This document shows positions 25,526 through 31,826 of a stretch of DNA of 31,826 nucleotides, in pieces. The stretch spans positions 1 through 31,826 of IMG/VR virus record IMGVR_UViG_3300037424_001572; one strand, written 5' to 3'. Every line of letters starts with the position of its first letter. The first letter of the stretch is position 1. Position numbers and translations under genes: made by a program. Below the pieces are notes generated by a model, which saw nothing but the letters and a program-made list of their open reading frames with translations, had not been told where the DNA came from and did not search any database. Source of the DNA: a virus. Taxonomy: Duplodnaviria > Caudoviricetes.

Positions 25526-28500
25526 GTGGTCACGCTCACGCTCAACGGCGCTGCGGCTCCGTCAAGCTACACCCTCGGGTCCGTATCAGTGCTCTCGACC
25601 TTGGTCGATGGCGTTGAACCGCTTTCGGTGGAGTGGTCGCTGGGCCGTCTCAGCGAAGATCCCCTCAAGGGAAGAGGAAGTATCAGGTTTGCCCCGGCCT
25701 CCGCCGAGACCTACTACCTCTATGTCGGTGCCGTTGGTCAGGACGGTATTCTTCAGCAGACCATTTTTCAGCTTCAGGTCGTGAGTGGCCGCTCCGCCCT
25801 CTTCGCACCGATGGTGCGCTGGTCAACGTTGCAGCCTCAGCTGCGCCAGGCAGTTACGGCGACAGTGCTGCCGAGCACGACCGGCACTCTACCTTCCTCC
25901 TTTGCCTGGACTGTCTACCTTAACTCGGTTCCGATCCTGAGCGGCACCGGACGCCAGGCGACCTTTCAGGTAAATTCTCCGGGCGTCTACCGGCTGCGCG
26001 CTACGGTGCTGGATCAGGGAGGAGCCTCCGCAACCGCTGACAGCAGCCTTGCCGTGGCAGGCGGCTTCGAGCTGCAAAGCGCGGTGGCCCCGCTCCAGCC
26101 ATCTGGGACGCTTTACTACCTTGGCAGTGTTTACTCGGTCACGGTGCAGGGCGGGGCTCAGATGGCCACAGCGCTTCCCTACCTCGTCAACAGTGCCACC
26201 AGTTCGGTCTATGTCCTGCCTGGAACGACCCACATCGTACCGGAGATTGAGTCCGAGAGCGTGGTGCAGGATGACGTTGTTTTGCGGTCGGTGCTGGGCA
26301 ACTGGCAGCTCGGAGCGGCCCTCACGACCGAGAGCACGGGTTACGGCTACGGGCAGGTGGTGACGTTGCCCGCCCCGCACGATCGGGTGTTCCGCTACAC
26401 GCTCGACCAGTGGAAGGTCAGCGATACCGCAGTTACGCCGTTCCGGTTCAGAATCAGGTTCCGCTGCTACAGGGAGAGCGAACGCCTATACAGCTACCAG
26501 GCCTGCCCGTACGCGAGCTTCCCAGGCGGAGACGGCCTCCGCGAGCAGCGGATGGTGGCCCTGATCACCAGCGTGGACTTCCGGCTGGACGCTGAGCGGC
26601 CAGACAGCCGCCTGGGGACCACAGCCACCGCCAGCTACACGGCCCCAAACGCGATCACGCTCACTGGCAACTTCACCCCCGACGGCGCGCCGGACAAGAC
26701 CATCTATCACGAAGAGGACCACGGCTTCACCGGCCAGAACGTGATCGCCAACTACGAGTCGACCGGAAAGCTCACCGACCTCAAGGCCCACGCGATCTAT
26801 GGCATACCAGGGGTTAGACCGGCCCAGTTGGATTTCACCCAGCCGGGTGTTCCCAGGATCATCCAGTACGCCAAGCGGCTCCATGGCAAAATCGTCCTCT
26901 ACATGGCTGCCGGAGCCGTGTCGCAGGACACCAGGATCACGGCCAGGGTTTACACCGGTAAGCTGCCAGGCTACCAGGATGTCGAGGTCGTCTGCCAGAA
27001 CAACGTTTACAACGGATCGACCGATGAGTACGTCAAGATTGGCGAGGCCCGCATCGACATCACCGATTTCGAGTTCGGGCGCGTCGGGCTGGCTATCGAT
27101 CTGACTCTCGACGATTCGCAGGCTTCCACCAACGAGGCCTATCTGAATGTGGATGACGAGCCGTGGATGGCAGAGAACGAGGCGCTGTGGCTGGTTGCGG
27201 ACGGCACCACTACCGGCACGCTTCCGGTTCCGGAGGTCGCCCCGGAGCACTTTTACTCCACAACCCTGGCCAATGCCGTGTCCTACCAGGGTGCCTGCTA
27301 CCACAGTCCCGAGTTCGTCGATACCTTCGACGGCACATTCGCCGCATCCGGATCGGTGCTTCAAGACTGCACGGGCACGATCTGCGGCCCGCGTGGCGTC
27401 TACTGCTACACCGACGGCACAAACTTCGCACAGGTGATCCAGCCCCTAGATCATCCTGCGCCCTATCTGGCCTTCGTGAGCGACCAGGCGCACTGCTGGC
27501 ACGACCCGTTTTTCACTGCGGTCACCGGCACGGGCACAGGGGCCATCAATGAGCCCTACATCCCCTACAGCGGCACCAGCGGCTGCGGGGTGGGCTACGT
27601 CTATACCTCCTGCGGCTCGGCCTCGCCAATCGCCGTCCTATATCCGACACTGAGCAGCCCGCACAGCTACGTCGCCTATGGGACAGGCTGCTTCGCTTTC
27701 AGCGGTTCAGTGGCCGACCTGCGCCCCTACGACGTGGTCACGGTCGGCGACGTGACCCTAGTGGCCAGCTGCACCGACGTGGCCTGCACCGGCAGCAACG
27801 CCACAGGCTTCTCAGCCTGGTACCTGGACCAGCATGGCCAGCGGGTCAATGTCAGATTTCCCAACAACCCAGACAACCGTTTTCCGGCTTTCGCTGTCTC
27901 ACGCGAAACCAGCTCCGACGGCCACGGCATGACGCGGCCAGGCCGCGTTTACTACAACTCCTGGGCGCAGGAATTGTGGCCGGTCTACCACGCCGCAGAG
28001 GCCGCCACGGTGGACTTTTCGTTCAGTCCGGTCGGCATTACGCGCAGGCTTCGCCTCGTGCGCGGCGGAAATGTCGTTGTTCACACGCTTGGCCTGGGCG
28101 ACACCAAAAAGACCTTGGATCTCCTGCCAGGTGATTTCGTTTACGTCTATTGGCCACCGAGGAGCAGGTCCGTTGAAGGCTACGTGGAATTCGCAAAACG
28201 CGTTACGCTGCCGGTGCTGTACCACACGGTGATCTTGAACACAGGCACCGCCTCGGCGATCCAGGCGTTAGGCTTCTGCGGGTTCACCAGCGCCTCGGAC
28301 TACACCTACTACGGCAACCTGCCCGCAGAGACTGGAGCGTCGCTTCCCAACCCTGACAGCCTGGTCACGGTTACAGCCAGCAGCGGCACCGAGCAGGTGC
28401 TTGTCAGGACATTCGCTTACGGCGATCGCTACTACCCCCTGGCGCTGCCGAAGTACGCCGGAGACGTGCTGGCGATGCCTCTGACCTTCAAGTTCTACGC

Positions 28501-28921
28501 CGCCAGAGGCCGGGCCGGTCGCCACGGTGAGATGGATGTGTGGCTGGACACCGACCAGCCGCCGCCCGCGCATTTGGCCGTAAGCCGCTATCACAGCCTG
28601 CTGGCCACAAGTGATCAGTACCGCGTCACCAGCCAGACCGGAGACATCAACCGTCACGCGCTCCGGGTGATCAACGGCGCAGAGGCCCAGAGCTACGTGC
28701 TGCCCAAGGTGTACGCCGCCGACACAGGCCAGACGCTTGTCGCTGTCGGAGCTGGCACCGAGGTTTACTTCGAGGGCCAATCGTTCTACGCTAAGGGCAC
28801 AGATGTCGGTATCTCGACGCAGATTTACACGCTCAGCGCGCTGGCCAGCCTCACGACCGCCTGGCTCAACGCTGGCGGTGCTCCGTGGACCACAACCGGT
28901 ACCCTACCCTGGACAACATGA
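25526..28921 (+). CDS. Large putative virion protein with PKD/Ig-like N-terminus and Cys-rich central modules
   Basis: 1131 aa, Thr/Ser/Gly/Tyr-rich; 'SSFAWTV...ATFQVNSPGVYRLRATVLDQGG' is PKD-like; GTG start 4 nt after TAGTTA. Confidence 0.65.
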   Translation: MVTLTLNGAAAPSSYTLGSVSVLSTLVDGVEPLSVEWSLGRLSEDPLKGRGSIRFAPASAETYYLYVGAVGQDGILQQTIFQLQVVSGRSALFAPMVRWSTLQPQLRQAVTATVLPSTTGTLPSSFAWTVYLNSVPILSGTGRQATFQVNSPGVYRLRATVLDQGGASATADSSLAVAGGFELQSAVAPLQPSGTLYYLGSVYSVTVQGGAQMATALPYLVNSATSSVYVLPGTTHIVPEIESESVVQDDVVLRSVLGNWQLGAALTTESTGYGYGQVVTLPAPHDRVFRYTLDQWKVSDTAVTPFRFRIRFRCYRESERLYSYQACPYASFPGGDGLREQRMVALITSVDFRLDAERPDSRLGTTATASYTAPNAITLTGNFTPDGAPDKTIYHEEDHGFTGQNVIANYESTGKLTDLKAHAIYGIPGVRPAQLDFTQPGVPRIIQYAKRLHGKIVLYMAAGAVSQDTRITARVYTGKLPGYQDVEVVCQNNVYNGSTDEYVKIGEARIDITDFEFGRVGLAIDLTLDDSQASTNEAYLNVDDEPWMAENEALWLVADGTTTGTLPVPEVAPEHFYSTTLANAVSYQGACYHSPEFVDTFDGTFAASGSVLQDCTGTICGPRGVYCYTDGTNFAQVIQPLDHPAPYLAFVSDQAHCWHDPFFTAVTGTGTGAINEPYIPYSGTSGCGVGYVYTSCGSASPIAVLYPTLSSPHSYVAYGTGCFAFSGSVADLRPYDVVTVGDVTLVASCTDVACTGSNATGFSAWYLDQHGQRVNVRFPNNPDNRFPAFAVSRETSSDGHGMTRPGRVYYNSWAQELWPVYHAAEAATVDFSFSPVGITRRLRLVRGGNVVVHTLGLGDTKKTLDLLPGDFVYVYWPPRSRSVEGYVEFAKRVTLPVLYHTVILNTGTASAIQALGFCGFTSASDYTYYGNLPAETGASLPNPDSLVTVTASSGTEQVLVRTFAYGDRYYPLALPKYAGDVLAMPLTFKFYAARGRAGRHGEMDVWLDTDQPPPAHLAVSRYHSLLATSDQYRVTSQTGDINRHALRVINGAEAQSYVLPKVYAADTGQTLVAVGAGTEVYFEGQSFYAKGTDVGISTQIYTLSALASLTTAWLNAGGAPWTTTGTLPWTT

Positions 28922-29082
28922 AACTCCGAAGCTTCTTTCAAATCGTGACCGGGCTGGTTACCGGTCTCTTTTCGGGGTGTGCGCTGCCTCCAATCAAGCC
29001 CGTCGTCAACCCGTGGATGACAGAAAACGGCCAGTTGTGGCTGACGGCGGACGGCCAGCCATGGCTGAGCGCATCCGAGTAG
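28918..29082 (+). CDS. Small putative lipoprotein
   Basis: ATGA overlap; MKLRSFFQIVTGLVTGLFSG-C has a basic N-region, hydrophobic core and lipobox-like FSGC. Confidence 0.5.
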   Translation: MKLRSFFQIVTGLVTGLFSGCALPPIKPVVNPWMTENGQLWLTADGQPWLSASE

Positions 29083-29094
29083 CGTCTGTGAGGC

Positions 29095-29646
29095 CTAGAG
29101 CCAATCAGGCAGGTCAGCCGGGGCGTAGCCGATCTGCTTTTGCTTGAGTGCGGTGCCCAGGCGATCGCTACGCTCGCGCAGAGACGCCAGGAGATTCATG
29201 ATCGAGTTGACGATGTGCGCGGCGGGGTCTTCAATGGACTCGTCCAGGGCCACAAAGATCGGTCGGCTTGTGACCTCCTTTCCGATGATGATCTGGAGCG
29301 CGAACTCACTTCTGATTTCGTCGGCCAATTTGTAAACGCACCCTCCGTGCTTTGATTTTGGCCTGCCACTGGACACTGTCCAGCTGGTGATGTGGGCCAC
29401 GTTTTCTGGCCGCTGACAACGGAAATCGATCAGCACACCGGCGTAGTGCATCGAAACCGAATGCTCGCACTCGTAGTGGGTCTGAAACCCTTTCTCGCGG
29501 AGGATTTCAGCAACCTGCCTGATCCCGGCCTTGTAGGCATCGACACGCTCTTCCCTGGTGAGCGGGCGCTTCTTCTCTGGCAGCATCGGCTGGGCTACCA
29601 CGATGCCGTAATGATCGCCGACAAAGACGCGCTTCTTGTCGCTCAC
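29095..29646 (-). CDS. Hypothetical protein
   Basis: 183 aa, no competing ORF; TGTTCT 7 nt before the GTG start. Confidence 0.6.
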   Translation of the reverse strand: MSDKKRVFVGDHYGIVVAQPMLPEKKRPLTREERVDAYKAGIRQVAEILREKGFQTHYECEHSVSMHYAGVLIDFRCQRPENVAHITSWTVSSGRPKSKHGGCVYKLADEIRSEFALQIIIGKEVTSRPIFVALDESIEDPAAHIVNSIMNLLASLRERSDRLGTALKQKQIGYAPADLPDWL

Positions 29647-29657
29647 ACCCTATAGAA

Positions 29658-29690
29658 CAAAAAGGCCGCCACCCCGTGGGGTAGCGGCTT
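29658..29690 (-). terminator. Intrinsic terminator
   Basis: Minus strand aagccgctaccccacggggtggcggcc forms a GC-rich hairpin followed by ttttt, just after the stop of 29714..30226. Confidence 0.8.
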
Positions 29691-29713
29691 GCAGAAGACG
29701 ATGACCAGAGCGC

Positions 29714-30226
29714 TTACTGGTAGCGGGGGTCAGTGCTCGGATCGATGACACCCGTGGCACCGTCGACCGAACCCCACTTCTTGCGCAGCTCAGGCGGGGC
29801 GAACCCGTCATCCAGCGTCCAGCCTCGGCGTCCGACGGCGACCAGGTCGATCTGCGCGCCCCGGATGTCACCCTTGTTGTGGATGGCCGCCGTGATGTTT
29901 GCAGTCGTGGACGTGACGTACGCGCTCACGCCATTCACGGACACCGTTGCGGCAACGCCGGAGCCAAAGAAGCCGACCCGCTTGGAAAGCAGGTTGTAGC
30001 TGATGGTCCGTTTGCCACGGGCGGCGACCGTGTACTGGGCACCAACGTTCGCGTAGCCCGAAGGCGACGTGGTTCCGTCGTACTGTCGGAGCTGGAATAC
30101 CAGCGGGATGTTGCCAGTGTTTTCGACCTGGAAGTCGATCGCACCGAGCCGCTCGTTCGCGGCCTGGGCGTAACCACGCAGCGTGGTTGCGTCATTGCCA
30201 AAACCGATTGCGCTTAGTTGGTTCAT
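29714..30226 (-). CDS. Hypothetical beta-rich virion protein (paralog family member 3)
   Basis: 'ENTGNIPLVFQLRQYDGT'; has its own leader and terminator. Confidence 0.65.
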   Translation of the reverse strand: MNQLSAIGFGNDATTLRGYAQAANERLGAIDFQVENTGNIPLVFQLRQYDGTTSPSGYANVGAQYTVAARGKRTISYNLLSKRVGFFGSGVAATVSVNGVSAYVTSTTANITAAIHNKGDIRGAQIDLVAVGRRGWTLDDGFAPPELRKKWGSVDGATGVIDPSTDPRYQ

Positions 30227-30235
30227 GTTACTTTA

Positions 30236-30382
30236 CTCGTTCTGTTGCTCGCCCCACAGCGGCGAGATGTTGTTGTCGTGTTAAGAACGAGATAACGGGC
30301 CGCACAGACTCCCACAACGGCGGCATAATTCGCTGAGATGCAGTGAGCGTGCGATCCGTTATTTTGAACGCGATCCGTTATT
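30236..30382. repeat. Intergenic direct and inverted repeats
   Basis: gcgatccgttatt at 30351-30363 and 30370-30382; inverted variant at 30291-30303; ctcgttct (30236-30243) pairs with agaacgag (30284-30291) around a ctcgcc/ggcgag hairpin. Confidence 0.8.
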
Positions 30383-31418
30383 CTGATTCTGTCAGTTCCG
30401 CGCCGATTTCGACCAGCTCTTCTACCGGCATGTCGATGCCACGGGCAGAGGGCGGCGTCTGCTCGACGTACCGGCGCATCACGTCGTCCCTGGTCCAGGC
30501 CTTCTGCTGCTCTGCCTGTTTGGCTGCCTCCTCGGGCATTTCGTAGCTGTAGGCCGGGTTGGCCCGCGACATCAGCGGGTGGGCGTAGAAGGCCTCGGCC
30601 TCCTCCGCATTGGCCAGCTTGACCTGGAAGCGATCCTCGCTGTCTTCCCGCACGAGATTCTGCCAATCCTTGAAGGACACCACCCGGTACTGCGGATAGC
30701 CGACCATCGGCACCCAGGTGATCTTGAAGGTGTCGAGGTCGAAGACCGCCACACGTTTGCTCTCACCGGCCTCACCGAAGTTCTGCTGGAAAGGGCTGCC
30801 GACGTAAAAGGTCGTCTCGTTCAGCTCCTGGGGCCGGTGGACGTGGCCCAGGAAACCGACGCCAAAGCGTTTGAGGGCCTTGAGCGAGATGCCGGTGACC
30901 GCGTTCCCGCCTGCCATCTGTGCCCCTATGACCTGGAAATGGCCCAGGAGGACGCTGTCGCGGCCCCGAAGCTTTTGAAGGGTGGCTGCCAGCCAGTCAG
31001 CCAGTTTCTGATCGGTGGACGGGTAGGCAGCGCAGGCTATGGCTACCTCCGCGTTAACGTCGAGGATCACCGTGTCCGGGATCACCCGAAAGTAACCCTC
31101 GAACATGCGGCCCACGTGAACGGTCGTGTCCCGCAGGTACTGCTCGTGGTTGCCGATGAGCTTCAGGTTCCATTTGTGATCCGGGAACCGGGCCAGGCCC
31201 TCCATCACCGCGTCGATCGCGGTCATCGGCAGCGCGCTGCGGTCGTCGGTCGTGTCCCCGAGGTCCCACAGACAATCGCACTCGTACTGCTCGAAGATGG
31301 CGTGGAGATCCTTGTAGAACTGTCGCACACGCTTGATCTGAAGCGGCGTGTTCGGGTCCAGGAACGATTTCTCGTGGCCATCGGTAGCCTGGAGGTCGCT
31401 ATAAATCAGGGCGCGCAT
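30378..31418 (-). CDS. sbcD: SbcD/Mre11/gp47-like metallophosphoesterase nuclease
   Basis: 'YSDLQ', 'LGDTTD', 'IGNHE', 'LLGHF', 'LGHVHRPQ', 'YVGSPFQQNFGE'. Confidence 0.92.
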   Translation of the reverse strand: MRALIYSDLQATDGHEKSFLDPNTPLQIKRVRQFYKDLHAIFEQYECDCLWDLGDTTDDRSALPMTAIDAVMEGLARFPDHKWNLKLIGNHEQYLRDTTVHVGRMFEGYFRVIPDTVILDVNAEVAIACAAYPSTDQKLADWLAATLQKLRGRDSVLLGHFQVIGAQMAGGNAVTGISLKALKRFGVGFLGHVHRPQELNETTFYVGSPFQQNFGEAGESKRVAVFDLDTFKITWVPMVGYPQYRVVSFKDWQNLVREDSEDRFQVKLANAEEAEAFYAHPLMSRANPAYSYEMPEEAAKQAEQQKAWTRDDVMRRYVEQTPPSARGIDMPVEELVEIGAELTESE

Positions 31419-31822
31419 TGTGTCCTTATCAGGTAGTTTTTGGCTGCTTCGATACGTTCAATGTCGTGGGCGAGAAGGCCGATAGCCACGTTGCAGGAAT
31501 GGCACAGAACTCCACGTATTTGTCCAGTATCTTTGTTGTGGTCGACGCAAGCCTTTTTTGGCGGTAAGCCGCAGATTGCACAGACACCGCGTTGCTCTTT
31601 CAGCATGCTGATCTTTTGTGCAAGAGTGATGCCGTAAACGCTGCGCAGTGTAGCGTCTAAAACCACGTTTCTTGGGAGAGCCCTCCGTCGTGCAACAGAG
31701 TATTTTATGTTGCAACGCTTACACCTTGAGGCGCGCACGGTCTTCTCCCTATTGGCCCAATAAAACCCGCTGAGCGACTTAATTCTGCCGCAGCCTGTGC
31801 ATTGCTTTCGTCGTGCCTTCAT
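31406..31822 (-). CDS. Endonuclease VII-like HNH nuclease (probable homing endonuclease)
   Basis: 'YGITL...EQRGVCAICG...VDHNKDTGQIRGVLCHSCNVAIG' plus N-terminal CxxC...CxxC; AT-richer than neighbours; start is at the window edge and uncertain. Confidence 0.85.
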   Translation of the reverse strand: MKARRKQCTGCGRIKSLSGFYWANREKTVRASRCKRCNIKYSVARRRALPRNVVLDATLRSVYGITLAQKISMLKEQRGVCAICGLPPKKACVDHNKDTGQIRGVLCHSCNVAIGLLAHDIERIEAAKNYLIRTQCAP

Positions 31823-31826
31823 CAAA

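Noticed and set aside
3770-31436. Many long antisense or alternate-frame ORFs (e.g. 3770..4567, 10806..11783, 14034..14987, 19263..20285, 26486..27364, 30579..31436)
   Set aside because: Shadows of high-GC3 genes with no recognisable motifs.

Overview
The window is a densely coding, GC-rich segment of a large contractile-tailed (T4-like architecture) bacteriophage. It holds neck, tail terminator, sheath, tube, baseplate hub/spike and chaperone genes, interleaved on both strands with replication and recombination genes (SbcC/gp46, SbcD/gp47, a 5'-3' exonuclease, a primase), a tandem GroES-like protein and two HNH-type endonucleases. Most notable: (1) a ~5.1 kb six-gene glycosyltransferase/methyltransferase/beta-propeller cassette directly after virion genes; (2) two short motifs at near-fixed distance from start codons, TAGTTA mostly before virion genes and (C/T)GTTCT before non-virion genes, interlocked at divergent junctions; (3) an HNH nuclease fused in frame to a tail structural gene; (4) a PDZ-domain protein; (5) three dispersed paralogous small beta-rich proteins; (6) a deleted duplicate of part of the first gene; (7) a candidate +1 frameshift. 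All calls come from motif reading by eye; no database searches were run. No tRNA, rRNA or CRISPR array was seen.
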